Assembly: GCA_038087875.1 (NCBI GenBank)
Contig: CM075992.1
Span: 7,690,001-7,754,000 of the forward strand
Direction: 5' to 3'
Length of the DNA: 64,000 bases
Source of the DNA: Malacoraja senta
Lineage: Eukaryota
The translations under genes and the position numbers were made by a program. Every line of letters begins with the position of its first letter. Positions within the stretch are counted from its first letter, which is position 1. Positions 11,314 to 25,249 of the stretch are shown here, piece after piece. The notes below the pieces were generated by a model. That model searched no databases. It was not told the origin of the DNA and worked only from the letters and a program-made list of their open reading frames with translations.

Positions 11314-12750
11314 CAGTGCCCTCCATAATGTTTGGGACAAAGACCCATCATTTATTTATTTGCCTCTGTACACAATTTGAGATTTGTAATAGAAAAAAAT
11401 CACATGTGGTTAAAGTGCACATTGTCAGATTTTAATAAAGGGTATTTTATACATTTTGGTTTCACCATGTAGAAATTACAGCAGTGTTTATACATAGTCC
11501 ACATTTCAGGGCACCATCATGTTTGGCACACAGCAATGTCATGTAAATGATAGTAGTCATGTTTAGTATTTTGTTGCATATCTTTTGCTTGCAATGACTG
11601 CTTGAAGTCTGCGATTCATGGACATGACTAGTTGTTGTGTGTCTTCTCTGGTGATGCTCTGCCAGGCTTGTATTGCAGCCATCTTTAGCTTATGCTTGTT
11701 TTGGGGGCTAGTCCCCTTCAGTTTTCTCTTCAGTATATAAAAGGCATGCTCAATTGGGTTCAGATCGGGTGATTGACTTGGCCACTGAAGAATTGACCTT
11801 TTTTAGCTTTGAAAAACTCCTTTGTTGCTTTGGGCCATAACACACCCACCATCGTGTTTCACAGATGAGGTGGTATGCTTTGGACCTTGGGCAGTTCCTT
11901 CTCTCCTCCATACTTTGCTCTTGCCATCACTCTGATATAAGTTAATCTTCGTCTCATCTGTCCACAAGATCTTTTTCCAGAACTGTGGTTGCTCTTTTAA
12001 GTACCTCTTTGCAAACTGTAACCTGGCCAACCCATTTATGCGGCTTACCAGTGGTTTGCATCTTGCAGTGTAGCCTCTGTATTTCTGTTCATGAAGTCTT
12101 CTGCGGACAGTGGTCATTGACAAATCTACACCTAACTCCTGAAGAGTGTTTCTGATCTGCCGGACAGGTGTTTGGGGATTTTTCTTTATTATAGAGAGAA
12201 TTCTGTCATCAGCTGTGGAGGTCTTCCTTGGCTTGCCAGCCCCTTGCGATTAGTAAGCTCACCAGTGCTCTCTTTTTTCTTAATGATGTTCTAAACAGTG
12301 ATTTTGATAAGCCTAAGGTTTGGCTGATGTCTCTAACAGTTTTATTCTTGTTTCTCAGTTTCATAATGGCTTCTTTGACTTTCATTGGCACAACTTTGGT
12401 CCTCATGTTGATAAATAGCAAAGAAAGGACCAAAGGTGATGGAAAGACTGGAGGAAAGACTGGGTGCTGAGAGTAAGAAGGCAATTAAACACACCTGAGC
12501 AATTACAAACATCTGTGAAGCCATGTGTCCCAAACATTATGGTGCCCTGAAATGGGGGGAACTATGTATAAACACATCTGTAATTCCTGCATGGTGAAAC
12601 CAAAATGTATAAAAATGGCCTTCAATAAAATCTGACAACGTGCACTTTAACCACATGTGATTTTTTTTCTATTACACATCTCAAATTGTGGAGTACAGAA
12701 GCAAATAAATAAATGATGGTTTTTTGTCCCAAACATTATGGAGGGCACTG
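11314..12750 (-). mobile_element. Tc1/mariner DNA transposon (IR/DR type), internally deleted and defective
   Basis: TA|CAGTGCCCTCCATAATGTTTGGGACAAA...TTTGTCCCAAACATTATGGAGGGCACTG|TA. TIRs are about 210-220 bp with an inner direct repeat. Transposase pieces include HTH region, WTDETKI and WPSQSPDLNPIE; the segment with the second Asp is deleted relative to the copy at 19393. Confidence 0.96.
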
Positions 12751-15700
12751 TATGTGAAGAATACTTTTCAAGTTAAGACCATGCAAGATTAGTAACACTT
12801 GGGTAAGTGTTTGTAAAATGTACAAGAAGAATGCTCTTCCCCTGTTGTAAGCTGGTCCATGGCCTAAATATCTCTCACGTCATACTATCTGCAGACTGTG
12901 CATAGTGGCGTTAGCTTATTTCAGAGAAAAATACCCCAAATATCCAAGTATTGACCAGTACATTTGCATTGCACAAGAATAAAAGAAGTCATTATGTCGA
13001 ATTCACTGCAAACGATTGGCTGGTAATTCATTCCCTGTCCTTCTCAAAGCACAGATTGTAGCAACAACACATCTACTTTCAGAGACAGAACAATCGATGT
13101 GACACTATTATGACAGGGGATTAACTTCTTGGCAGATTGGTTCATTTTAATCAAAAGCTCCTTGAATCTCTCTTCTAGATTTGCTACGGCTGTGGTTCTG
13201 CTGCATGCAGCCTGTGGTCACTGCAGAACAGGATAGATTTTTGTAACATCATTGCAGAAATATATCTGTTGTCAGTTAATTACTCGCTGATTGACCAAAT
13301 GAGCAATCATTTCCAAACTATTGTACTTTTGGGAATCAATAAATGAGGTAATGTAACAGGATATGTTGAAGGTGCTCGACATCTGCGGTGAGAGAAAGGT
13401 CCTGTGATAGATCACTGACCTGAAGTATTTTCTGTTTGTGTTTCAGATTTGCAACGTCCATTGTAGTTTGCCTTTCTGTTACTGCCTGAAAATAAAACAG
13501 TATGATGGAGCTGCAAGGATTCGGGAAGAAAAAAATACATACGGAAGAGGACTGGTCTTCCAGAATACGAGATAGTGCCTTTTTTGTGACTGTACACATG
13601 GGCGCGTCATACTAAAAAGTTAAATGTCTTCATTTGTTTTCTGGCCATGTGACAAAATCATGCATACCGGCATCATTTTGTCTACAAAAATAAGCACTGA
13701 TACTAAGTATGAATGGATGGATGGGGAGGAAGCAGGAGAAGGTAGCTGAGAGGAAGGAATATTGCTCAACACAATTCAGTCACCACAGATCCAACTATGG
13801 TCGATTTGCATGTAAAGTCTTGATTAAAACGTAGCCTGTGAAGATCTAGTATAGCAGCTAGCTACAAAGAGCAATGTGCCTCAAATATTCTCCAGGTGGT
13901 TCTACAGGAACACCAAAGAAAGCATTGTATCAATTTAAACCAACAATTTCCACACTGTCCATATCCAATTTGAAGGCTATGCAGGAAGTCCACATACAAT
14001 GGCTAACGTGAGATTGAAGAACTGTGCATGAAAGCATTTTGATCACGGTCACTTAAGAAACTACATTGCCGGCCATAGTTGGACATTTGAGAAATTATGT
14101 TGTTATGATTCTCTTTGAAGCCAACTTTATGGACCTTTGTACGTTGTTGCTTTTTTACAATTATCTCGGACTGTCAGAGGCTAAAGGTCAATGATAATTT
14201 TTACAGAAGAATACCAAGAAGCACATTTTGGCAAAAGTATGGAACATGCACAGGAATAAAGTTCTGCAAATCCTATAGATTAAATGGAGGTTTCCCTCGT
14301 CGATCTAAGCATGTCAAAACATCAAGATCTAGATACATTTATTTGTCACATGTACCAATAGGTACAGTGTTTGATCATTTTGGTTATCACAGGATAAATA
14401 AGGTATTCGGCACAGTTGAGTCACTGACAAACCTTCATGGTAGAAACTTAAGTCAATTTGAGTTAACCTGTCCCTTGCACTTCTTGTCAAATGCCTTACA
14501 CTAAATTTACCACTGCTCCTTAGTCACTCAGTTATGGGATGGACATAATTTCCTGGAGCCTGTGTTTTGAACTATGGTTGCTGTATGTCATGTTGTCACT
14601 TGCAGGCAGAGGACCAAGGCAAATTCCTTGTATGTGAATACTTGGCCAATAAGCCTAAACCTATACATTCATTCATTAAGATGCGACCACAAGAAGCCCA
14701 AAACACTGCACCTGGAGCCTGAACTACCCTTATTATACTGATATACCCTGGACCCACCCAGAGTCACAAGAGCTGACAGTTTTGCCTGCTTTGTTAACCA
14801 CCAGCAGATTCTATACTTAAGCTTGGATGCAGGTACCATGGCTCAGTAACTGCCTAAGCCTTCCATGTGAATCCCATGTCCTTTTCTGTTTATCTTTGTT
14901 CAGCTCCCATGAGTGTAAACTATAAGATATGAATATAAGATATAAAGTTTTAACAACAATAATTTCTAATAAATCCAAACATTATTTGGCTTGCTTCCAA
15001 ATGTTGAAAGGGAAAACCACTTCAACATATGTAACCATCCAGATATTAACACAGTAAATAAAAGGCTACGTTTAAGGAGAAACTTTGTTTTAACTTTTGC
15101 TCTTTCGATTTCCTATATTTTGTATGAGGTACATTCCTGTTAATCTTTCACAAGCAGTAACTATTCCTCCATTTCTTTTTAAGCAGAGAACCTAGAATCC
15201 CAACCACAGACTTGAAAATGGAGCAATTGCCTTAATTGTTTGCATTCAAGGAACAGGATACTTGATTATTTCACTGTGGGTAAAATGGACACAATGCTTT
15301 AACTTGGCAACTTAGATACAATATCAAAATGATTTGTGTGGGGAGAAGGCAGGAACGGGGTACTGATTGGGGATGATCAGCCATGATCACATTGAATGGC
15401 GGTCGGTGCTGGCTCGAAGGGCTGAATAGCCTACTCCTGCACCTATTGTCTGTCTATTCTTAATATCACTCGCTGCCATACCGAGATCAGAAATTTCAAA
15501 GCATATTAAAATCCAACATCTGCATGAACATCGGTGATCAAGTATGAAAGGCAGAACCCTGGCAAATGCTCTTTGGCTAACAATCTCCAGTTCTGGGCTT
15601 TGAACATTTGGTAACTGCTTTAAACGCTGTGATCAAACTTTATTGCAAATAAGGATTATTCAGTGTGCATCAAGTTGTGTGTAACAAGCTATAATATAAG

Positions 15701-15947
15701 AACAGACTAGAATGGCTAACTGGAATTGAAATTAAAGCTTCTGCACTACTTTTATTCAAGCATGGAACATAAAACATGGAACAGTACAGTTCAGGAACAG
15801 AGCCTTCAGCCCACAATGTCTGTGCCAAACTCAATGCCAAGTTAAATTAATCTTCTCTGCCTGCATTTGATTCATATCTCTCTACTCCCTCCCCATCATA
15901 AAGCCTCTTAAAAGCCACTATCCTATCTGCTTCCACCAGCACCCTTA

Positions 15948-16044
15948 AGGGCCTGTCCCACTTGGGCGACCTAATCCGCGAGTTCTGGCGAGTTTGCCCT
16001 CGACTCATACTCGCAGCATGGTCGACACGAGGTCGTAGGAGGTC
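15948..16044. mobile_element. Truncated PIF/Harbinger-type MITE end
   Basis: TTA|AGGGCCTGTCCCAC terminus shared with the MITEs at 32342 and 38829; CpG-rich; other end missing. Confidence 0.65.
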
Positions 16045-16375
16045 TTTGTGCACCCTCTCCAAAGCCTCCACATCCGCCTGTAATGAGGTGACCACAACTG
16101 CACACAATATTCCAAAAGAGGCCTAACTAAGGTTTTATAAAGCTGCAACATGATCTCCTGAGTCTTATATTCAACAGATGAAGGTAAGCATAGTCTTCCT
16201 TACCGCTCTATCTACTCATTGCCACTTTCAGGGAGCCATGGCCTTGGACCTCAGAGTCCCTCTGTACATCAAGGCGGTTAAGGGTCCTGCTATTAACTGT
16301 ATACTTTCCTCTTACATTCGACCTTTTACAGTACAATACCTCACACTTGCTCGATTAAACTCCACCTGCAATTTC

Positions 16376-16728
16376 AGTGGAAATCTGCGGCGGACACCAC
16401 GGCAGCGCTTGGCTATGCTTGGCCAGGCCAACCCTGCAATGTCGCCATGACAACGGGCCTTCATGGTCAGACCAAGATCCCTGCACTTACAACAACTGGG
16501 ACTTGAAAATGGTGCCAAACTGATGACTGTAGACTCTCAGTGTACTACTGCTATACTGCTTGTACTGGATCTGAGATGCTTATCTAATATAGATAGCTTA
16601 TTAAAATATAGCTTTGTTTAGCTAAAGATAGCTACTACAGGTATAGTGATACGTACTGAACTGTAGACAAAAATGAATTTCACTGTACCCCGTACATGTG
16701 ACAAATAAAGTACCATACCATATCATAC
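16376..16728 (+). mobile_element. Non-autonomous retroposon with Rex1-type tail
   Basis: Ends AATTTCACTGTACC...GTACATGTGACAAATAAAGT(ACCAT)n; 7-bp TSD CAATTTC (16369-16375 and 16729-16735). Confidence 0.65.
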
Positions 16729-17239
16729 CAATTTCTCCGCCCATATCTGTAACTGATCTAAATCCCGCTTCCCCTTCAACAGACTTCCTCACTGTCTGCA
16801 ATTCGAAACATTTTGCTGTCAGAAAATGAATACAGAATTACCCTACATAAACTAATTACTTTGAAACTCTTAAAGGAAACAATCAATATGATCAATGAAA
16901 TGTCAAGAGGCAAAGTGCAAGCTGGTCTCTCTTCCTTCCATCAACCTCACTTGCTCGTAATGTGGCAGCGACCAAACCTATTGCAACCTAACTGAAGAGA
17001 AAAATTGCTAACTAACAGCCCCATCAAACTCTACTGCTTGGATATCCTGACACTCAGCTTTGAAGAACGTGCAGCTTTAAAATTCAGTTAGATTGTTCTA
17101 ATGTAAGTGGTAGATATATTATACTCGTAGAAAATATATTTCCAGCAAGATAACTTTGTTCCCTACTTTCAATCTTGCATTTTCCAAAAATCAAGATCAC
17201 CTTGCCATCATCACTAGTGTATCAATTAATTGGGAAAGT

Positions 17240-17800
17240 TAATAGAATTAAATTATTTATTGCTAAGGGACTTGAGTACAAAAGTAAGGAGTTTGTGCTT
17301 CAGTTAACTTGGGCACTGTTAAGACCACATCTGGAGTTCTATATACAGATTGGGTTGCCTTATTTAAGAGGGCTATATTTAAGAGGGAGTTAGATGTGCC
17401 CCTTGTGGCTAAAGGTATCAGGGGGTATGGAGAGAAGGCAGGTACAGGATACTGAGTTGGATGATCAGCCATGATCATATTGAATGGCAGTGCAGGCTCG
17501 AAGGGCCGAATGGCCTACTCCTGCACCTATTTTCTATGTTTCTATGTTTCTATGAATGATCTACAAGTGCTGTAAGCAGTTCAGAGAAGAATTACTAGAC
17601 TGATACCTTGAATAGTGGATTGTTTCACCATGACAGGTTGGACAAAAATGCATCCCCTGGAAGAGTGACAAGGGATTGATCTTGACGGGAGAAAATAGAG
17701 TGAATATTTACTCTTTTGGAAGAAACTAATACTAGATGTTATTGTTTCAAATTAAGGGGTCACTCATTTAAGATGGCAATTTTTTTTCTCTCAGCATAAC
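17240..17800 (+). mobile_element. Old CR1 fragment with a young CR1 tail (about 17372-17555) inside
   Basis: FIAKGLEYKSKE...RPHLEF motif; young tail ending (TTTCTATG)n. Confidence 0.8.
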
Positions 17801-17804
17801 TTGG

Positions 17805-18248
17805 GACAATAGGTGCAGGAGTAGGCCATTCGGCCCTTCGAGCTAGCACCGCCATTCACTGTGATCATCCACAATCAGTACCCCATTCCTGCCTTCTCCC
17901 CATATCCCTTGACTCCGCTATCTTTTAGAGCTCTAGAGCTCTATCCAGAGAATCGGCCTCCACTGCCTTCTGGAGCAGTGAATTCCACAGATTGACAACT
18001 CTCTGAGTGAAAAAGTTTTTCCTAATTTCCGTTCTAAATGGCATACCCCTTATTCTTACACTGTGGCCTCTGGTTCTGCACTCCCCCAACATCGGGAACA
18101 TGTTTCCTGCCTCTAGCGTATCCAATCCCTTAATAATCTTATATATTTCAATAAGATCCCCTCTCATACTTCTAAATTCCAGTGTATACAAGCCCAGTAT
18201 TCAACATATGACAGTCCCGCCATCCTGGGAATTAACCTCGTGAACCTC
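17805..18248 (-). mobile_element. CR1 LINE 3' fragment
   Basis: ORF 17925..18191 YTLEFRSMRGDLIEIYK...TRGHSVRI...LWNSL. Confidence 0.92.
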
Positions 18249-19392
18249 AAAAGATAATGAAAGCAGAGCCTTTGACTATTTTTGAGGAAGAATTAGATAG
18301 ATTTTAAATGCTCAATTGTTGGACAGATGGGAATGTGGAATTTAAGGTACAATCAGATCACCCAAAGTCTTATTGAAATGACAAAGTGCCAAGTGCCTTG
18401 TTCCTGCTCCTCATTCATATGCTTACATATATGTTTGTATGAAAATCCCAGGTTTGATCTCATTAAGGGTGGCAGTAGGAGAAGACAAACAACTCCAGCT
18501 TCCAAGGCTAGTGAGAGGAAAATAAAACTGAGGCCCACATTCCTATCCCAGGTCCAGGTCCAGGAGCTAAATGGGATTAGAGTCATAGAGTGACACAGCG
18601 CGGAACCAGGCCCTTCGGCCCAACTTGCCCACATGTCCCATCTACACTAGTCCCACCTGTCCATGTTTAGCCCATATCCCTCCAAACCAGTCCTATCCAG
18701 AATGGTGTCTGTGTTGAACAATTAACTAGTTTGATTACGAAATACATCTCTCATCCAGTGTTGTGCAGAGGGAACACAAAGTTGAATTGCTTAGTGCCCA
18801 GGGATTGTCCCAGAACCTACACTGAATAATCACAATCAAATATTACTCTGATTTATGCATCTGTTTCCGGTAATATTCTCACATTCATCACAATGGACAC
18901 GCCTCAAGGTACATCATGAAACCATATGTACAGAGATAAAGCATAGATGAGTCACATGCTCATCAACTAACAGAAAACCAAGACAAAATGAGAATAAAAC
19001 CTATAATTGGAAATGTACTTTCACAGGTCTAATCTGAAGAAAGGAATATGCAAGTTACTTGCAACTATCTTAAACAGTGAAGGACAAGGAAATAACTAAA
19101 ATCCCAGTCACACCAATGTCAAGGCAAACTCATCTGAATTCTATTCACTGAGATAGTTTGTTAAAATGTTAATGAGATCAGTTTTTGAAGTGTTATGTAA
19201 ACAGACATACAGCATGTCTATGATTCTCTCCTGTAAGCCCCAGATAAGATATGTGCCGAACAGGTATGAGACACTAAATATAGCAAAGGACCAAGAGATT
19301 TATATATGGCTGTGCTCTCTCTGCACAGCGCTGATACACAAAGTCTCAATATAGTGTGCTGCTAGGTACAGACATATCCTCTTCCACAAATA

Positions 19393-22300
19393 CGGTGCCC
19401 TCCATAATGTTTGGGACAAAGACCCGTCATTTATTTATTTGCCTCTGTACTCCACAATTTGTAATAGAAAAAAAATCACATGTGGTTAAAGTGCATATTG
19501 TCAGATTTCAATAAAGGCCATTTTTATACATTTTGGTTTCACCATGTAGAAATTACAGCTGTGTTTATACATAGTCCCCCCCATTTCAGGGCACCATAAT
19601 GTTTGGGACACAGCAATGTCATGTGAATGAAAGTAGTCATGTTTAGTATTTTGTGGCATATCCTTTGCATGCATTGTAAAAACAAGCCTGAAGGCTTTGT
19701 GTCTCAATGCAAGGAGCATTTGTAATAGGGTGGATGAGTTGAATGTGCAGATAGTTATTAATGAATATGATATAGTTGGGATCACGGAGACATGGCTCCA
19801 GGGTAACCAAGGCTGGGAGCTGAACATCCAGGGATATTCAATATTCAGGAGAGATAGACAGAAAGGGAAAGGAGGCGGGGTAGCGTTGCTGGTTAGAGAG
19901 CAGATTAACGTAATAGAAAGGAAGGACATTAGCTTGGAGGATGTGGAATCGATATGGGTAGAGCTGCGAAACACTAAGGGGCAGAAAACGCTAGTGGGAG
20001 TTGTGTACAGGCCACCTAACAGTAGTAGTGGAGGTGGGGATGGCATCAAACAGGAAATTAGAAATGCGTGCAACAAAGGTAAAACAGTTATAATGGGTGA
20101 CTTCAATCTACATATAGATTGGGTGAATCAAATTGGCAAGGGTGCTGAGGAAGAGGATTTCTTGGGATGTATGCGGGATAGTTTTCTAAACCAACATGTA
20201 GAGGAACCAACGAGAGAGCAGGCTATTCTAGATTGGGTATTGAGTAATAAGGAAGGGTTAGTTAGCAGTCTTGTTGTGCGTGGCCCCTTGGGCAAGAGTG
20301 ACCATAATATGGTTGAGTTCTTCATTAGGATGGAGAGTGACATTGTTAATTCAGAAACAAGGGTCCTGAACTTAAAGAAAGGTAACTTTGAGGGTATGAG
20401 AAGTGAATTGGCCAAGATACTGGCAATTGATTCTTAAAGGGTTGACGGTAGATATGCAATGGAAGGCATTTAAAGACTGCATGGATGAACTACAACAATT
20501 GTTCATCCCAGTTTGGCAAAAAAATTAATCAGGAAGGTAGTGCATCCATGGATAACAAGGGAAATCAGGGATAGTATCAAAACAAAAGATGAAGCATACA
20601 AATTAGTCAGAAAAAGCAGCCTACCAGAGGACTGGGAGAAATTCAGAGTCCAGCAGAGGAGGACAAAGGGCTTAATTAGGAAAGGGAAAATAGATTATGA
20701 AAGAAAACTGGCAGGGAACATAAAAACTGACTGCAAAAGCTTTTATAGATATGTGAAGAGAAAAAGATTAGTTAAAACAAATGTGGGTCCCTTGCAGTCA
20801 GAAACAGGTGAATTGATCATGGGGAACAAGGACATGGCAGACCAATTGAATAACTACTTTGGTTCTGTCTTCACTAAGGAAGACATAAATAATCTGCCGG
20901 AAATAGCAGGGGACCGGGGGTCAAATGAGATGGAGGAACTGAGTGAAATCCAGGTTAGCCGGGAAGTGGTGTTAGGTAAATTGAATGGATTAAAGGCCGA
21001 TAAATCCCCAGGGCCAGATAGGCTGCATCCCAGAGTACTTAAGGAAGTAACCCCAGAAATAATGGATGCATTAGTGATAATTTTTCAAAACTCTTTAGAT
21101 TCTGGAGTAGTTCCTGAGGATTGGAGGGTAGCTAATGTAACCCCACTTTTTAAAAAGGGAGGGAGAGAGAAAACGGGGAATTACAGACCAGTTAGTCTAA
21201 CGTCGGTAGTGGGGAAACTGCTAGAATCAGTTATTAAAGATGGGATAGCAGCACATTTGGAAAGTGGTGAAATCATTGGACAAATTCAGCATGGATTTAT
21301 GAAAGGTAAATCATGTCTGACGAATCTTATAGAATTTTTCGAGGATGTAACTAGTAGAGTGGATAAGGGAGAACCAGTGGATGTGTTATATCTGGACTTT
21401 CAGAAGGCTTTCGACAAGGTCCCACATAAGAGATTAGTATACAAACTTAAAGCACACGGTATTGGGGGTTCAGTATTGATGTGGATAGAGAACTGGCTGG
21501 CAGACAGGAAGCAAAGAGTAGGAGTAAACGGGTCCTTTTCACAATGGCAGGCAGTGACTAGTGGGGTACCGCAAGGCTCAGTGCTGGGACCCCAGCTATT
21601 TACGATATATATTAATGATTTGGACGAGGGAATTGAATGCAACATCTCCAAGTTTGCGGATGACACGAAGCTGGGGGGCAGTGTTAGCTATGAGGATGCT
21701 CTGAGGCTGCAAGGTGACTTGGATAGGCTGGGTGAGTGGGCAAATGCATGGCAGATGCAGTATAATGTGGATAAATGTGAGGTTATCCACTTTGGTGGCA
21801 AAAACAGGAAAGTAGACTATTATCTGAATGGTGGCCGATTAGGAAAAGGGGAGATGCAACGAGACCTGGGTGTCATGGTACACCAGTCATTAAAAGTAGG
21901 CATGCAGGTGCAGCAGGCAGTGAAGAAGGCGAATGGTATGTTAGCATTCATAGCAAAAAGATTTGAGTATAGGAGCAGGGAGGTTCTGCTGCAGTTGTAC
22001 AGGGTCTTGGTGAGACCACACCTGGTGAGACCACACCTGGAGTATTGCGTACAGTTTTGGTCTCCTAATCTGAGGAAAGACATTCTTGCCATAGAGGGAG
22101 TACAGAGAAGGTTCACCAGACTGATTCCTGGGATGTCAGGACTTTCATATGAAGAAAGACTGGATAGACTCGGTTTGTACTCACTAGAATTTAGAAGATT
22201 GAGGGGGGATCTTATAGAAACGTACAAAATTCTTAAGGGGTTGGACAGGCTAGATGCAGGAAGATTGTTCCCGATGTTGGGGAAGTCCAGAACAAGGGGT

Positions 22301-23938
22301 CACAGTTTAAGGATAAAGGGGAAATCTTTTAGGACCGAGATGAGGAAAACATTTTTCACAGTGGTGAATCTCTGGAATTCTCTGCCACAGAAGGTAGTTG
22401 AGGCCAGTTCATTGGCTATATTTAAGAGGGAGTTAGATGTGGCCCTTGTGGCTAAAGGGATCAGGGGGTATGGAGAGAAAGCAGGTACAGGATACTGAGT
22501 TGGATGATCAGCCATGATCATATTGAATGGCGGTGCAGGCTCGAAGGGCCGAATGGCCTACTCCTGCACCTATTTTCTATGTTTCTATGTTTCTATGCAA
22601 TGACTGCTTGAAGTCTGCGATTCATGGACATCACCAGTTGCTGGGTGTCTTCTCTGGTGATGCTCTGCCAGGCCTGTGTTGCAGCCACCTTTAGCTTATG
22701 CTTGTTTTGGGGGCTAGTCCCCTTCAGTTTTCTCTTCAGTATTTAAAAGGCATGTTCAATTGGGTTCAGATCGGGTGATTGACTTGGCCACTCAAGAATT
22801 GACCTTTTTTAGCTTTGAAAAACTCCTTTGTTGTTTTTGCAGTATGTTTGGGATCATTGTCTTGCTGTAGAATGAACCGCCGGCCAATGAGTTTTGAGGC
22901 ATTTGTTTGAACTTGAGCAGATAGGATGCGTCTATCCACTTCAGAATTCATTATGCTACTACCATCAGCAGTTGTATCATCAATGAAGATAAGTGAGCCA
23001 GTACATTCAGCAGCCATACATGCCCAGGCCATAACACCCCCACCACCGTGTTTCACAGATGAGGTGGTATGCTTTGGATCTTGGGCAGTTCCTTCTCTCC
23101 TCCATACTTTACTCTTGCCATCATTCTTATATAAGTTAATCTTGGTCTCATATGTCCACAAGACCATTTTCCAGAACTGTGGTTGCTCTTTTAAGTACTT
23201 CTTGGCAAACTGTAACCTGGCAATCCTATTTTTGCATCTTGCAGTGTAGCCTCTGTATTTCTGTTCATGAAGTCTTCTGCGGACAGTGGTCATTGACAAA
23301 TCCACACCTGACTCCTGAAGAGTGTTTCTGATCTTTCGGACAGGTGTTTGGGGATGTTTCTTTAGTATAGAGAGAATTCTTCTGTCATCAGCTGTGGAGG
23401 TCTTCCTTGGCCTGCCAGTCCCTTTGCGATTAGTAAGCTCACCAGTGCTCTCTTTCTTCTTAATGATGTTCCAAACAGTTGATTTTGGTAAGCCTAAGGT
23501 TTGGCTGTTGTCTCTAACAGTTTTATTCTTGTTTCTCAGCCTCATAATGGCCTCTTTGACTTTCATTGGCACAACTTTGGTCCTCGTGTTGATAAACAGC
23601 AATAAAAGTTTCCAAAGGTGATGGAAAGACTGGAGGAATGACTAGATGCTGAGAACTCTTTTATACCTGCATTAAGGAGGCATTTCAACACACCTGAGTA
23701 ATTACAAACGCCTGTGAAGCCATGTGTCCCAAACATTATGGTGCCCTGAAATGGGGGGACTATGTATAAACACATCTGTAATTTCTACATGGTGAAACCA
23801 AAATGTATAAAAATGGCCTTTAATAAAATCTGACGTGCACTTTAACCACATTTTTTCAATTACAAATCTCAAATTGTGGAGTACAGAGGCAAATAAATAA
23901 ATGATGCGTCTTTGTCCCAAACATTATGGAGGGCACTG
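19393..23938 (-). mobile_element. Tc1/mariner (DD34E) transposon, near full-length, split by a CR1 insertion
   Basis: Same TIRs as 11314..12750; left TA intact. ORF 22766..23602 has HTH, WTYETKI (first Asp changed to Tyr) and QQDNDPKH. WPSQSPDLNPIE lies beyond a 1-nt frameshift, and the C-terminal ACKGYATKY* lies on the far side of the CR1. Confidence 0.96.
19674..22594 (+). mobile_element. CR1 LINE, 5'-truncated, near-complete ORF2 (APE endonuclease + reverse transcriptase)
   Basis: ORF 19697..20437 has NARS, GITETW, VYRPP, MGDFN and SDH endonuclease motifs. ORF 20513..22498 has NYRPVSLTS, YLDFQKAFDKV, GVPQGSVLGP and FADD RT motifs. Frameshifted at about 20420-20520; 15-bp in-frame duplication LVRPH; (TTTCTATG)n tail; TSD ATGCA. 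Confidence 0.98.
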
Positions 23939-24099
23939 TCGGTACAATTTTCTCATTTCTCATTTTATTTACGACGCAGATGATTTTCGTGCTGCCCATC
24001 AAGTTTATGTCAGTTCTTAGAACTATCCATCAAATGCCTTCTCCCACTTATATCCCTGTTACACATTCTCTCTCGTGCCCAAGAAAATAGCCACAGGAT

Positions 24100-24650
24100 T
24101 AGCCATCTGGCCCCTCATCCCTGCCACCCCCACTCAATATGATTCTGGTTGATGTATTCTGGCCTCAACTCCCCTTCTGCGCCAGATGCCCAGAGCACTC
24201 AATTCACATAGCTTCGAAAAACGTATCTACCTTCAATTGAAATACTTCTAATCAACTAACCTCCATGTCTCTCTGGTATAGCAAATTCCATACATTCACC
24301 ACCTAGTTTAAGAAGAAATTTCCATACACCTCTGCTTTAAATTACCGGCCCCTTTCCTTGCAGTTCTGCCCTCTTGTTTGAGATTCTTGAAACATCTCAC
24401 ATTTCTACTCTTCGGATCTTATATGTTTCAATAAGGTCACTGCTTACTTTCTAAACTCCAAGGGATGCAGACGCGATCTGCTTAGCCTCTCTTGAAAGAA
24501 GAACCATCTCATCCCAGAATTAACTTGGTGAATCTCTTTCGCTACTTTGTAGGTAAGGAGACCAAAACTATGCTCGGTACTTATAGTTGCAGCCTCATTG
24601 ACATCCTGTAAAATTGTGACAAAAGCTCTAAACTCAAATCCCCATTCAAT
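24100..24650 (-). mobile_element. Old degraded CR1 fragment
   Basis: ERLSRSRLHPLEFRK-like motif in ORF 24444..24695; ATCTTATATGTTTCAATAAGGTC. Confidence 0.6.
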
Positions 24651-25249
24651 AATATGCCCATTAGCACACATCCTAAATCTCCCATCACGCTCCACATTAG
24701 AATAAATTACAGTGGTCAGTTAACCAACAGACCCCAACACATCTTTGGGATGTGGGAGGAAATTTGAGCACCCTGGCAAAATCTATGCATTCACATGAGA
24801 CCTTAATTGAAAGCACAGGGTCACCACCATTGTCAAGCAACAGCATTTCCTTCCATCTAGGCACAGTGCAGCCCTCAGAACTGAACAATAATTTCAACAA
24901 GTTTAGATAACCAACCAGTTCTCATGAAGGGTGTAAATCTATACAGTTCTCTTAATATTATTCCCACCACAGATGCTGTTGAACTGGCTAAGTATTTCTG
25001 GAATTCATTTTTATTTCAGATATCCAGAAATTGCAGTATTTGTATCTCATTTTTGTAAGATCCTTTCCCATTCATCTCCTATTAACAGATCAGCATAGCA
25101 ATAAACAAGCTTTCACTACCCTCTCACAGCCAGCACCCCAACCTCTATCATTCAATCTCTGGATCTGCATCCTGTTACAAACATTTATCCATGTCATCAA
25201 ACCCCTCTCTGCAACTTAAATTAATAAACAATTTTTCCCAGTTCCCCGA

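Larger units (their letters stand above)
15760..16830 (-). mobile_element. Degraded CR1 fragment hosting two insertions
   Basis: DVEALERV and VEADRIVAFKR motifs plus CR1 tail; interrupted at 15948 and 16376. Confidence 0.7.
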
